DNA of 64,000 nucleotides, taken from positions 800,001 to 864,000 of the forward strand of contig CAXXGI010000001.1 in assembly GCA_963674695.2 (NCBI GenBank). Direction: 5' to 3'. Below are positions 29,388 to 38,980 of this stretch, piece by piece. Under the pieces are notes generated by a model. The model had not been told where the DNA came from and did not search any database. It worked only from the letters and a program-made list of their open reading frames with translations. This stretch comes from a bacterium. Lineage in GTDB: Bacteria; UBA10199; 2-02-FULL-44-16; JAAZCA01. Position 1 is the stretch's first letter, and every line of letters starts with the position of its first letter. Position numbers and translations under genes: made by a program.

Positions 29388-30743
29388 TCATTCGGCATCC
29401 AACGCCAGCGTCACGCTTCCCGCTTCATTGGCAAACGTGTAGCTCCCCGCCCCAAGCCCCGCGCTGGTGAGCCCTGCGCTCTGCCCCAGGATCTCGGGCG
29501 TCGCCGTCATCGGGGCCGGACAGGTCAGTCCATCCGTGCGATTGACGAGTCGGATGAGGACCGTATCCCACCCGAAGAGCTCCTGTTGGCCGGTCACGGT
29601 GGCCAGCCCCGCGGTGAGCCCCGCATAGGTCCCAGGGGCATCCACACCGCCAAGCCCCTGATTCGCACCGGCGCAGGCGATGGCGTAGTTGCCCTCCACG
29701 TCGGTCACCTGCAGCTCCATGGTGGGGGCGGCCTCCGGCGTGAGCGTGTAGGACAGATCCGTGGCGATGAGATCGATGAGCTCTTCGAGGCGCACGACCG
29801 AAGCGGAGAACGGCGTCGGCATCACGCTGCGAAAGGTGACATACCCCTTTCCGTTGGTGAAGAGCGCCTTCTCGCCGATGAGTTCACCGATGGTGGCCAC
29901 ATCGGTCTGGCCCACGAGCGCTGGACCGGAATCGCGCTGAACATAGAGCGAGACGCGCACGGCCGTGTCGTCAAAGCCGGCATCCGCCGCATCGAACCCC
30001 GGCACGGTGAAGCCGAGCGCCGCATAGATGAGCTCACCATACTGAATGGCAGCCATGTCATCGTCACTCACCTGACTCTCGTAGGTGGAGCTCCCGTTTT
30101 CGATGCGATCGACGAAGAGATAGTAGCGATTCGCCTGGCGTCCCTCAGAACCATTTTCAAAGAAGAGTTTATCGAGGAAAAACCCGCGTGCGAGCGACGG
30201 CGCCATGGAGCGCACCGTCACCGCATCGCTCGACTGCGCGCGCAGCACCGTGACGGCCCGGCCGTTGGTCGCCCAGATCGGCTGTTCGAGCAGCTCGTCA
30301 AAGGTGAGCTCAGCGCTGATGCCCGCGATGTCGTCCTCGTCCTCATCGATGGGTTCCGGGCAACCCTGGCTGTCCTGTTCGACGAAGAGGAGTTGAAAGC
30401 GAGCGAGCGATTCGGGGTGTTCTCCGTCGACGCTCTCGAAGGGGACGGAGAGCCCACCGTAGTAGATGGCGGGGATGGCCAGCTCCTCCATGCCGTTCTC
30501 TGCAGAGGTGCACGCCACGTCCTGGCCGGTCGCCGCATCGCGCAGGTAGAGCGAGAATTCCCCTTCGGAGGCATATTCATCATCGAGGCCGCCGTTGACG
30601 AAGAATTGGTCGATGACGAGCGCGCGCACCTCACTCAGCGAGAGGACCGGGCCCTCGATCGACGTGCTCCCACCGCTGCCGCAGGCGGCGAGAAAACAGA
30701 TGCTCGCCAGGATGAGAAGTGTGCGCATCGCATTGATTTTCAT
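29388..30743 (-). CDS. Lipoprotein with three internal repeats, unknown function
   Basis: Lipobox FLAAC; recurring blocks (YGGL/YAAL/YAGL; ATNGRAVT/FTNGKGYVT/FANEAGSVT). Confidence 0.75.
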   Translation of the reverse strand: MKINAMRTLLILASICFLAACGSGGSTSIEGPVLSLSEVRALVIDQFFVNGGLDDEYASEGEFSLYLRDAATGQDVACTSAENGMEELAIPAIYYGGLSVPFESVDGEHPESLARFQLLFVEQDSQGCPEPIDEDEDDIAGISAELTFDELLEQPIWATNGRAVTVLRAQSSDAVTVRSMAPSLARGFFLDKLFFENGSEGRQANRYYLFVDRIENGSSTYESQVSDDDMAAIQYGELIYAALGFTVPGFDAADAGFDDTAVRVSLYVQRDSGPALVGQTDVATIGELIGEKALFTNGKGYVTFRSVMPTPFSASVVRLEELIDLIATDLSYTLTPEAAPTMELQVTDVEGNYAIACAGANQGLGGVDAPGTYAGLTAGLATVTGQQELFGWDTVLIRLVNRTDGLTCPAPMTATPEILGQSAGLTSAGLGAGSYTFANEAGSVTLALDAE

Positions 30744-30812
30744 GGTGATTCCCTCCGAGATGAATGGCGGCATCATAGCATAAACCATGCATCGAGTCAT
30801 ACAGGTTTTCCC

Positions 30813-32792
30813 CTACACCCCGAGTTCCTTCCGCTCGAGGGCCAGGATGCGATCGCGCAGCTCGGCCGCACACTCGAAATCGAGCTTCTTGGCAGCCGCG
30901 AGCATCTCGCGGCGGAGTTTGGCAATGTGCTTCGCGCGCTTGGACGGCGCGACCTCATCCTCCTCGATCGTCACGGTCGGATAGTCCTGTTCGTAGATCG
31001 AGTGCATCACGTCGCTGATCTTCTTTTTGATCGTCGTGGGCGTGATGCCGTGCGCCTTGTTGTAGGCTGCCTGTTTCTCGCGACGCCGAAGCGTCTCATC
31101 GATGGCGCGCCGCATCGAGTTGGTCATCTTGTCGCCATAGAGGATGACGCGCCCGGAGACGTTGCGCGCCGCACGCCCGAAGGTCTGGATGAGCGAACGC
31201 GCCGAGCGCAGAAACCCCTCGCGATCGGCGTCGAGAATCGCCACGAGCGATACCTCGGGGAGGTCGAGCCCCTCGCGCAGCAGGTTGATACCGACGAGCA
31301 CGTCGAAATCGCCGCGTCGCAGGGCGCGCAGGATCTCCATCCGTTCGAGCGAATCGATGTCGGAATGGAGGTAACGCACGCGCACCCCCTGTTCGCGAAA
31401 GTAATCGGAGAGCTGTTCGGACATCCGCTTGGTCAGCGTCGTGACGAGCACGCGCTCGCCGGCGGCGACGACCTTTCGAATCTCGCCCAGGAGGTCGTCG
31501 ACCTGGCCCGTCGTGGGCCGCACCTCCGGCTTCGGATCCATGAGCCCCGTGGGGCGCACGATCTGCTCGGCGATCTGATCGCCCGCCTTTTGAAGTTCGT
31601 AATCAGCGGGGGTGGCCGAACAGTAGACCACCTGCCCGACCATCTGATCGAACTCCTCGAAGCGCAGCGGCCGGTTGTCCATCGCCGAGGGAAGGCGAAA
31701 CCCATATTCGACGAGCGTGGTCTTGCGCGAACGATCGCCGCTGTACATGCCGCCGATCTGCGGCACCGTGATGTGGCTCTCATCGATCACGAGCAGAAAG
31801 TCCTTTGGGAAATATTCCAGGAGTGTGGGCGGAGGCGTTCCCGGCTCGCGCCCCGTGAGATAGCGCGAATAGTTCTCGATCCCCTTGCAGAACCCCATCT
31901 CCTCCATCATCTCGAGGTCGAATTTCGTGCGCTGCTCGATGCGCGCGCGCTCCAGCGGCTGATTCTGCTCATAATAATGTTGCATCCGCGCCTCGAGCTC
32001 CGCGCGGATATGCACGATGGCCTCGCGCGTCTTCTCCTCAGGCGTCACATAGTGACTGCCCGGAAAGATCATAACCTCTGCGAGCTCGCCGAGAGGCTGG
32101 CCCGTGAGCGCATCGATCTCGACGATGCGTTCGAGTTCGTCGCCGAAGAATTCGAGGCGCACCGCCTTGGCATCCTCATAGGCGGGAATGATCTCGACGG
32201 AGTCGCCGCGCACGCGAAAGGTACCGCGGTGAAAGTCGATATCGTTTCGCTCATAGCGGATCTCGATCAGGCTCCGCAGAAACTCCTGCCGATCGAGTGT
32301 ATCGCCCTTTTTCGTGCGCACCAGCATCCCCTGATAGGCCTCGGGGCTCCCCAGGCCGTAGATGCAGGAGACGCTCGCGACGATGATGACATCGCGGCGG
32401 GTCAAGAGGGCATGCGTGGCCGAATGGCGAAGCCGGTCGATCTGCTCGTTGATGGAGGAATCCTTCTCGATGAAGAGATCCTTCGCCGGCAGGTAGGCCT
32501 CGGGCTGGTAGTAGTCGTAGTAGCTGACGAAATATTCGACGGCGTTTTCGGGAAAGAGTTCCCGAAACTCAGCGAAGAGCTGTGCGGCGAGCGTCTTGTT
32601 CGGCGCGATGACGAGCGTGGGGCGGTTCAGATTATTGATGAGATGGGCGATGGAAAATGTTTTTCCACTCCCGGTCACCCCGAGCAGGACCTGATGTTCG
32701 ATTCCGGCGCGCACACCCTCGGTGAGTTTGGCGATCGCCTGCGGCTGATCGCCCTTGGGCTCGAACTCAGAGATGAGTTTAAATGAGGACAT
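30813..32792 (-). CDS. uvrB: Excinuclease ABC subunit B
   Basis: [31 protein letters not shown] domain. Confidence 0.99.
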   Translation of the reverse strand: MSSFKLISEFEPKGDQPQAIAKLTEGVRAGIEHQVLLGVTGSGKTFSIAHLINNLNRPTLVIAPNKTLAAQLFAEFRELFPENAVEYFVSYYDYYQPEAYLPAKDLFIEKDSSINEQIDRLRHSATHALLTRRDVIIVASVSCIYGLGSPEAYQGMLVRTKKGDTLDRQEFLRSLIEIRYERNDIDFHRGTFRVRGDSVEIIPAYEDAKAVRLEFFGDELERIVEIDALTGQPLGELAEVMIFPGSHYVTPEEKTREAIVHIRAELEARMQHYYEQNQPLERARIEQRTKFDLEMMEEMGFCKGIENYSRYLTGREPGTPPPTLLEYFPKDFLLVIDESHITVPQIGGMYSGDRSRKTTLVEYGFRLPSAMDNRPLRFEEFDQMVGQVVYCSATPADYELQKAGDQIAEQIVRPTGLMDPKPEVRPTTGQVDDLLGEIRKVVAAGERVLVTTLTKRMSEQLSDYFREQGVRVRYLHSDIDSLERMEILRALRRGDFDVLVGINLLREGLDLPEVSLVAILDADREGFLRSARSLIQTFGRAARNVSGRVILYGDKMTNSMRRAIDETLRRREKQAAYNKAHGITPTTIKKKISDVMHSIYEQDYPTVTIEEDEVAPSKRAKHIAKLRREMLAAAKKLDFECAAELRDRILALERKELGV

Positions 32793-32820
32793 AAAAATGA
32801 GTAAGGACTCTACAGGGCAT

Positions 32821-32891
32821 TGTCATTCCCGCGCAGGCGGGAATCTCGCTTGGAATAACCAATCGAGATCCCCGCTTTCGCGGGGATGACA
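32821..32891. repeat. REP/dRS3-like palindrome
   Basis: tgtcattcccgcgcaggcgggaatctcg..cgagatccccgctttcgcggggatgaca. Confidence 0.85.
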
Positions 32892-32925
32892 AAACCAAGG
32901 TTTGTCATCAAACTGGAGGTCTGCT

Positions 32926-34398
32926 CTATCGCAGTTTCCACTCGGTCGTGCCATCGGGCTTATCCTTGAATTCGACGCCGAGCCTTCCCAACTCGTCGCG
33001 AATGGCATCGGCGCGTGCGAAGTCCTTCTGCGACCGCGCCTGCCTGCGCTCAGCGATGAGCGCTTCGATCTGCGCCGCATCGACCCCGCGCTCGGCATGG
33101 ACGCGCGCAGAACAACGGCGATGATAATCGGCCTCATCGGAACCGAAGATCCCCAACACCTCGCCCGCCACGTGTTGCAGGTGCATGAACTGCAGGACCA
33201 CCCATCCCGAAAAGGGCGTCACGCATTCGCCTACCTCGTCGAGGTAGCGATTGATCGCGCGCACCGCCTCGAAGACGAGACCCACCGAACGCGCCGTATT
33301 GAAGTCGTCATCCATCGCCTCGACAAAGCGTTCCTCGAAGGAGACGAGCAACTCCTTGACGGCGATCGCGACGGCCCCTTCGGCCTCATCGTTCGCATTC
33401 TTGCCGGGATGAATGCGATGCAGACGCTTGGCCGTCTCGTAGAAACGATCGAGCGAAGACTCGGCCTCGGCCATGGACTGCTGCGTGTAATCGATCGGCG
33501 AGCGGTAGTGGTTCGAAAGGAGAAAGAGACGCAACGCCTCGGAATCGTATTTTTTGAGCACCTCGCCGATGGCGGTGATATTGCCCAACGACTTGCTCAT
33601 CTTCTCGGCGTCGATATTGATAAAGCCATTGTGCAGCCAGTAGGTTGCAAACGTGCAGCCGCACGCGCCTTCGGCCTGGGCGATCTCATTCTCGTGGTGC
33701 GGAAAGACGAGATCGCGACCGCCACCGTGAATATCGAAGGGCTGGCCGAGATACTTCGTGCTCATCGCCGAGCATTCGATGTGCCAACCGGGACGCCCCT
33801 CGCCCCAGGGCGAGGGCCAGGTCGGCTCACCGGGCTTGGCCGGCTTCCAGAGCGCGAAGTCGAGCGGATCGCGTTTTTTCTCATCCACATCCACGCGCGC
33901 ACCGCTGGTGAGTTCTTCGATATTCTTGCCGGAGAGTTTTCCGTAGCCGGGAAAACTGCGGACGGAGAAGTAGACGTTGCCATCGACCGCATAGGCATGA
34001 TCCTTCTCGATGAGCTTTGCGATGGTGGCGATCATGTCGTCGATGTGCGCGGTGGCGCGCGGCGCGATGTCGGGCATGAGCACGCCGAGCGCGCCCATGT
34101 CGCGTTCGTATTCGGCAATATAGCGATCGGTGATCTCCGCACAGGAGACCCCCTCCTTGTTCGCCCGCGCGATGATCTTGTCGTCGACGTCGGTATAGTT
34201 GCGCACGTAGGTCACATCATATTTTTTGTGTTTGAGATAGCGATAGACCATGTCGAAGACGACCGCCGCACGCGCGTGCCCGAGGTGACAGGTATCGTAA
34301 GCCGTAATCCCACAGGCATACATGCCGACCTTGGGCGGATGGAGCGGAACGAATTCATCCTTCTTTCGCGTCAGCGAATTATAGACGAACAGTGTCAT
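32926..34398 (-). CDS. cysS: Cysteine--tRNA ligase
   Basis: CGIT..HLGH, GRPGWHIECS, KMSKS. Confidence 0.98.
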   Translation of the reverse strand: MTLFVYNSLTRKKDEFVPLHPPKVGMYACGITAYDTCHLGHARAAVVFDMVYRYLKHKKYDVTYVRNYTDVDDKIIARANKEGVSCAEITDRYIAEYERDMGALGVLMPDIAPRATAHIDDMIATIAKLIEKDHAYAVDGNVYFSVRSFPGYGKLSGKNIEELTSGARVDVDEKKRDPLDFALWKPAKPGEPTWPSPWGEGRPGWHIECSAMSTKYLGQPFDIHGGGRDLVFPHHENEIAQAEGACGCTFATYWLHNGFINIDAEKMSKSLGNITAIGEVLKKYDSEALRLFLLSNHYRSPIDYTQQSMAEAESSLDRFYETAKRLHRIHPGKNANDEAEGAVAIAVKELLVSFEERFVEAMDDDFNTARSVGLVFEAVRAINRYLDEVGECVTPFSGWVVLQFMHLQHVAGEVLGIFGSDEADYHRRCSARVHAERGVDAAQIEALIAERRQARSQKDFARADAIRDELGRLGVEFKDKPDGTTEWKLR

Positions 34399-34919
34399 AT
34401 TGTTTCCCTTCTCGCAGATTCCAACAGGATGGCGGATTGACACGCGATGGCCTCACCGCGACCCACCGCATCGACGCCTTCGTTCGTGCGCGCCTTGATG
34501 CTCACAGCCCCCACGTCGAGCGAGAGCACCTCGGCCAGTCGCGCGCGCATCGCCTCGATGTGCGGCGCCATCTTGGGTTTCTCCGCGATGATGTTGGCAT
34601 CGACGTTGACGATGCGCCACCCCTTCCCTTCGGCAATTTCGTATACGCGCCCGAGCAACACGGAGCTATCAGCATCCTTGAACACCGGATCGGTGTCGGG
34701 GAAGTGCCGTCCGATATCGCCGAGTGAAGCCGCCCCCAAAATGGCATCGGCCACCGCATGCATGAGGGCATCGCCGTCGGAGTGACCGCGCAGCCCCTTC
34801 TCGAACGGAATGGTCACGCCGCCCAGGATGAGCGCTCGCCCCGCCTCCAAACGATGAATGTCATATCCGATGCCGACTCGAAGATCCGCATTTCGCATCT
34901 CGCATTTCGTATCTCGCAT
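34395..34919 (-). CDS. ispF: 2-C-methyl-D-erythritol 2,4-cyclodiphosphate synthase
   Basis: GIGYDIH, HSDGD, GDIGRHFP. Start is 34919 or 34898; the N-terminus is encoded by heptamer repeats. Confidence 0.96.
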   Translation of the reverse strand: MRDTKCEMRNADLRVGIGYDIHRLEAGRALILGGVTIPFEKGLRGHSDGDALMHAVADAILGAASLGDIGRHFPDTDPVFKDADSSVLLGRVYEIAEGKGWRIVNVDANIIAEKPKMAPHIEAMRARLAEVLSLDVGAVSIKARTNEGVDAVGRGEAIACQSAILLESARRETI

Positions 34920-34968
34920 AAGCACTCGCTTCTCTCGGCTGACGGTTCACGGTTCACGGTTCACGGTT
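34887..34968. repeat. Heptamer repeats at the ispD-ispF junction
   Basis: cgcattt/cgcatct ~x5 and acggttc ~x4, overlapping both coding ends. Confidence 0.75.
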
Positions 34969-35642
34969 TTGTAGATCGCTTCCGCGATGATGAGATCTTC
35001 AGGACTCGTGATCTTGATATTGCGTCGATCCCCCTCGACGACGGCGACGCTCACACCGATGCGCTCGATGAGGCTCATCTCGTCGGTGCCGACAAAACCG
35101 TCGCGCTGTGCAGCCTCCATCGCCTGCAGGAGAATCTCGCGTCGTGCGGCCTGCGGCGTCTGCGCGCCCCAGAGTTCATTGCGATCGACCGTCTCGATGA
35201 CGCGCCCGCCCTGCACGCGCTTGATCGTCTCGGTCACCGGCGCGGCAACGATCGCCGCCCCTGTCTCATTGGCGGCAGCGGCCGCACGTGCGATGAGCGC
35301 GCCCGTTACGAAGGGACGCACGCCATCGTGCACCAGGACGATATCGACAGCATCGGAGAGTGCATGCAGACCGTTGGCCACCGACTCCTGGCGCAACGCC
35401 CCGCCAGCGACGACGCGCCATGATTCGGGATAGGCATGAGCCGCGATGATCTCCTGACGAAAGGATTCCTCACGCCCCGGCTCGACCACGACCACGAGTT
35501 CGATCAGATCCGCCATACCAAGAAATTGATCGAGGGTATGACAGATGATGGGGCGGTCGGCGATTTCGAGATATTGCTTGGGCCGGTCGGCTCCCATACG
35601 GCGGCCGATGCCGGCAGCGGCGATGATCGCTCCGATGCGCAT
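34947..35642 (-). CDS. ispD: 2-C-methyl-D-erythritol 4-phosphate cytidylyltransferase
   Basis: AAAGIGRRMG..PKQY, VHDGVRP, QTPQ, NIKIT. Confidence 0.97.
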   Translation of the reverse strand: MRIGAIIAAAGIGRRMGADRPKQYLEIADRPIICHTLDQFLGMADLIELVVVVEPGREESFRQEIIAAHAYPESWRVVAGGALRQESVANGLHALSDAVDIVLVHDGVRPFVTGALIARAAAAANETGAAIVAAPVTETIKRVQGGRVIETVDRNELWGAQTPQAARREILLQAMEAAQRDGFVGTDEMSLIERIGVSVAVVEGDRRNIKITSPEDLIIAEAIYKTVNREP

Positions 35643-35740
35643 AGTGGGCTCGATAAACCAGGGGGATGGGGGAAAGACAAGCAAAAACAAAGGGCCCACC
35701 TCGCGGTGGACCCTCCGAAAGGGAACCGTATTGACGATGA

Positions 35741-36253
35741 TTAATTCGCAAAGATCTCGTCGATCTCCTCGGCCACGTCCTCTTCACCCATCGACTGACT
35801 GATCGCCAATTCCTTGATGATGAGGCAGCGGGCCGTGTCGAGCATCTTGCGCTCACCGAAGGAGAGCTCCTTCTCATAGCGCATGAGCATCAGGTCGCGC
35901 AGGACCTCGGCGATCTCGTAGATGGAACCGGTCTTGATCTTGTCCATATACTCGCGATAGCGCCGATTCCAGGTCTGTTCGTTGATGGAGATGTCGCGCT
36001 CGCCCAGGATCTCATAGACGATGTCGACTTCGCTCTCGTTGATGACCTCGCGCAGACCGACGCTGCGCACGTTACCCGTGGGCACCATGATGGTCATGCC
36101 GCTGTCCATGATCTTGAGGATATAGAACTTGTGGGTATTGCCCGCGATCTCGCGCTCTTCGATCGACTGCACTTCCCCCACACCGTGTGCCGGATAGACG
36201 GCCACATCACCTACTTTGAACTCCCGATTCAATGCCGAACGCTGCTGCCCCAT
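35741..36253 (-). CDS. carD: CarD/CdnL-family RNA polymerase-binding regulator
   Basis: FKVGD.AVYPAHGVG, WNRRYRE, LSFGE; upstream of ispD. Confidence 0.93.
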   Translation of the reverse strand: MGQQRSALNREFKVGDVAVYPAHGVGEVQSIEEREIAGNTHKFYILKIMDSGMTIMVPTGNVRSVGLREVINESEVDIVYEILGERDISINEQTWNRRYREYMDKIKTGSIYEIAEVLRDLMLMRYEKELSFGERKMLDTARCLIIKELAISQSMGEEDVAEEIDEIFAN

Positions 36254-36586
36254 GTTCCCTCCTGACTGACCCCCAGTTTTCCACAACGAGCGGGGAATGA
36301 ATTGTTTTTCAATAATTTCAACTATTTACAGAACCTGCCCCATCCAACGTGGTGACCCTTATAGCACATCCCGTCAAGGAGCGTCAACTTGCAACCTATT
36401 GTTTTTTAAAATCTTTTTATCAATTCCACCCTTGCTGCCACTTCTTCGACCGCCCGATTCGAGTTATCCACAATCCCCCTCGAAATATATGAGGATTTCA
36501 TTTTTTCCGCATCAAACTTGACACCTATTTGCCGATCGTCTAATGTCCGCCGAACTTCAGGAAGCTGTTATATATCAGCAACTTCC

Positions 36587-36659
36587 GGGCAGGTAGCTCA
36601 GTCGGTAGAGCAGGAGACTGAAAATCTCCGTGTCGGGGGTTCAATTCCCTCCCTGCCCA
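36587..36659 (+). tRNA. tRNA-Phe (GAA)
   Basis: Acceptor stem gggcagg/cctgccc, anticodon arm ggaga-ctGAAaa-tctcc, T-loop gttcaatt; TTGACA upstream at 36518. Confidence 0.97.
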
Positions 36660-36660
36660 C

Positions 36661-36694
36661 AAAAGCGGAACCCCATCGGGTTTCGCTTTTTTTT
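36661..36694 (+). terminator. Intrinsic terminator after tRNA
   Basis: agcggaaccc..gggtttcgct followed by a T-run. Confidence 0.8.
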
Positions 36695-36893
36695 GCTCAT
36701 TTCGGCAAAAAACAAGCCCAAAACACCTTGCAGCCACTACAAAAACCTTCCTTGAACACCAAAAACACAAAAAAAGAGGAGGCACGCACGACATGCTCTC
36801 CCAAGATGTGACCGGTTTTTGTCCCCTTTCCCCATTCACTTCTAGTATCGGCAGAAATGGAAAAAAGTTGCGTGGTATCTGGGGGATGCAATT

Positions 36894-36922
36894 AAAAAAA
36901 TCCCCTGTAAAAACAGGGGATT
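36894..36922 (-). terminator. Intrinsic terminator
   Basis: A-run then aatcccctg-taaaaa-caggggatt. Confidence 0.75.
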
Positions 36923-36950
36923 GTGTAAGTCATTTTCTTGTCGATCCGGG

Positions 36951-37265
36951 TTACTGGATCAGGTTGAATTTCTCGGCCATCTTGAGGATCGTCACCGCCG
37001 CGTTCTCTTCGATGAGATCGTTGTACGGCGTGGCGTCGATGTGCGCCCAGAAGTCCGCGTCATCCAGGCCCTCGATGTCGAAATCAACCGTGCGGTAGGC
37101 GATGTTGCCGTTGGCCTCGCGCGTGCACTGGTTGGTGAAGAGGTTCTGGTCGCGGTCGAGGAGCCGGCGAAACTTCGGATGGCTCACGATCGGCGCGTTG
37201 CGCTCGATCAGGAGCTCGATGAGCTGAACCACATCCTCGCGTGTCCACTTCGTCTTTCGTGCCAT
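36951..37265 (-). CDS. Hypothetical protein (104 aa)
   Basis: MARKTKW.. with agggg RBS; second gene of a sigma54-led pair. Confidence 0.7.
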   Translation of the reverse strand: MARKTKWTREDVVQLIELLIERNAPIVSHPKFRRLLDRDQNLFTNQCTREANGNIAYRTVDFDIEGLDDADFWAHIDATPYNDLIEENAAVTILKMAEKFNLIQ

Positions 37266-37275
37266 TGAGTCCCCC

Positions 37276-37653
37276 TTATCCCATTGCTTCGACGATAACC
37301 TGCTTGGCCAGATGCCCTTCGAGATCGGTCGGATGTTCGACGGAGAGCAGGTCGGCCATGGCCAACACATGCGGTGCAAACGTCGCCTTCTTCTCCCGCA
37401 CCTGGGAGGTCGTCGGCATATCGCGAAAAAGGCCCACATTGATCGCATGGCTCTTGCCAAACTTTCCGGCGAATTCCGCTACGGTATTGTCGACATCAAA
37501 ATTGGAACCCACGAGCACGGAAGCAATCTTCTCGGATTTCACGCCCTTGAAGAGGGCCTTGGCCGCCTTCTCGGAATCGGTGGTCTTTGCCAAGACCGCC
37601 TTTTTTGCCGCCGCCGGAGTCATCGTCGTATTCGCTGCCGCTGGTCTCACCAT
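37276..37653 (-). CDS. Hypothetical protein (125 aa)
   Basis: aggagg RBS; sigma54 promoter upstream. Confidence 0.7.
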   Translation of the reverse strand: MVRPAAANTTMTPAAAKKAVLAKTTDSEKAAKALFKGVKSEKIASVLVGSNFDVDNTVAEFAGKFGKSHAINVGLFRDMPTTSQVREKKATFAPHVLAMADLLSVEHPTDLEGHLAKQVIVEAMG

Positions 37654-37688
37654 CGTTACCCTCCTTGTGTCTTCCTGCCCGTCATTAG

Positions 37689-37704
37689 TGCAAGAGCCCT
37701 GCCA
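37689..37704 (-). promoter_or_regulatory. Sigma54 -24/-12 promoter
   Basis: Minus strand TGGCAGGGCTCTTGCA; AT-rich tract upstream. Confidence 0.75.
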
Positions 37705-38029
37705 AATCGGGTTTCTGTAACTATTCGTATTTATTGGATATTAACAGCACCCTCCCTTCGCATTCGGGGCGGGATGACCCCCAAACCGCCATTTCCGGGG
37801 ATTTCACTCCCCATCCGCCGACATCATTATATGGGGACAAGTGTCGGATAAGGCAACGCAGGCAGTTCGGAAATCGGGAGGCGCCCGGCTATTGCGCCGC
37901 GAGGGGGAAAACGAGGACTTTTTTACAGCCTCATCGGAAAAAAGGTCTCGTTTTCCCCCGGGAGGCGCCACAGCATTTGCGCCGCGAGCCAGCGGTTTAC
38001 AATTCCGAAGAAAACGGGATATTTGCCAG

Positions 38030-38626
38030 ATGGCCTTCAATCGCAAAGATCACTTCTACCAGCGCGCCAAGCGGGAGAAAAAGGCTTCGCGCGCGGTCTA
38101 TAAGATTGAGGAGATGCAGCGCCGCTTCCGCCTCGTCGCAAAGGGGGATTGCGTCCTGGATCTGGGCTGCGCCCCGGGCGGCTGGCTGCAGGAGCTCTCG
38201 CCGCTCGTGGGCCCCAAGGGAAAGGTGATCGGCATCGACCTGTTGCCGCTCAAGATCGCGCCGCCGAAACACTGCACGGTCCTTCTCGGCGACCTGACCG
38301 ACGCCGCGATGCAGGAGGAGATCGCCACGCTCGCCGGGGGAGATGTGGATTGCGTCTGCTCCGACATGTCGCCCAACCTCTCGGGCATTCCGTTCGCCGA
38401 CGCCTACCGCTCCTTCGAAATCGCCAGCCTCGCCCTCGATGTCTGTCATCGCCTGCTCAAGAGTGGCGGCCACTTCGTCGTGAAGATCTTTCCCGGCGAA
38501 GAGTTCGAGGGATTCATGCGCACGCTCAAGACCGAATTCAATCGCGTGCAAACCATCGTCCCCGAAGCCACCCGCAAGACCTCATCGGAGCGCTACATCG
38601 TTGCGCTGGGATACCGGAGAGACTGA
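38030..38626 (+). CDS. rlmE: 23S rRNA Um2552 methyltransferase
   Basis: SRAVYK, DLGCAPGGW, SDMSP, VVKIF, SSERY (K-D-K-E). Confidence 0.95.
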   Translation: MAFNRKDHFYQRAKREKKASRAVYKIEEMQRRFRLVAKGDCVLDLGCAPGGWLQELSPLVGPKGKVIGIDLLPLKIAPPKHCTVLLGDLTDAAMQEEIATLAGGDVDCVCSDMSPNLSGIPFADAYRSFEIASLALDVCHRLLKSGGHFVVKIFPGEEFEGFMRTLKTEFNRVQTIVPEATRKTSSERYIVALGYRRD

Positions 38627-38799
38627 CATTCGCACCGCATATGAAACCATCTCATCGCCCTGCAATTCGAATCCTTCCCGTCATTGAACCTGAGTGCTCC
38701 GGCCGGTGAAGTTACCCTGTTGTAGCGCTGGCGCTCCGCTTGCACGTTTTGGCATCTGACTCGATCCGTCTTTCCTCATGAACTCATATGGATGCCCAG

Positions 38800-38980
38800 T
38801 GTGTCAATAGGGTGATCGTGCTTAAAGCGATGTTGTCTTCAATGAGCTTCAAGGGCTTTCAACCTCATATCCGCGTGCTGGTTAACGCATTAAGTTGAAT
38901 CCGATTGAAGCCTTTCCACAATCTCACCTCGGATATTGAAATCCATGTTCATGTCGTGGGCTGCTTCATTCCCCGCTTAA
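38800..38980 (-). ncRNA. Predicted bridge/seek RNA of the IS1111 element
   Basis: Contains matches to the target (CAUGAAC, GGUGAG) and to the circle junction (AUUC, AUAUGAG). Ends are approximate. Confidence 0.7.

Noticed and set aside
30777-30792. Sigma54-like motif upstream of the 29388-30743 lipoprotein
   Set aside because: It lacks the invariant -24 GG (reads ATGCATGGTTTATGCT).
29586-32786. 1066-aa plus-strand ORF (also 136-1497, 8017-9486, 32902-34440, 50921-53533 and similar)
   Set aside because: These are antisense shadows of well-supported genes, common in GC-rich DNA, and carry no motifs.
36587-37700. tRNA-integrated prophage or island
   Set aside because: No integrase and no duplicated tRNA 3' end in the window.
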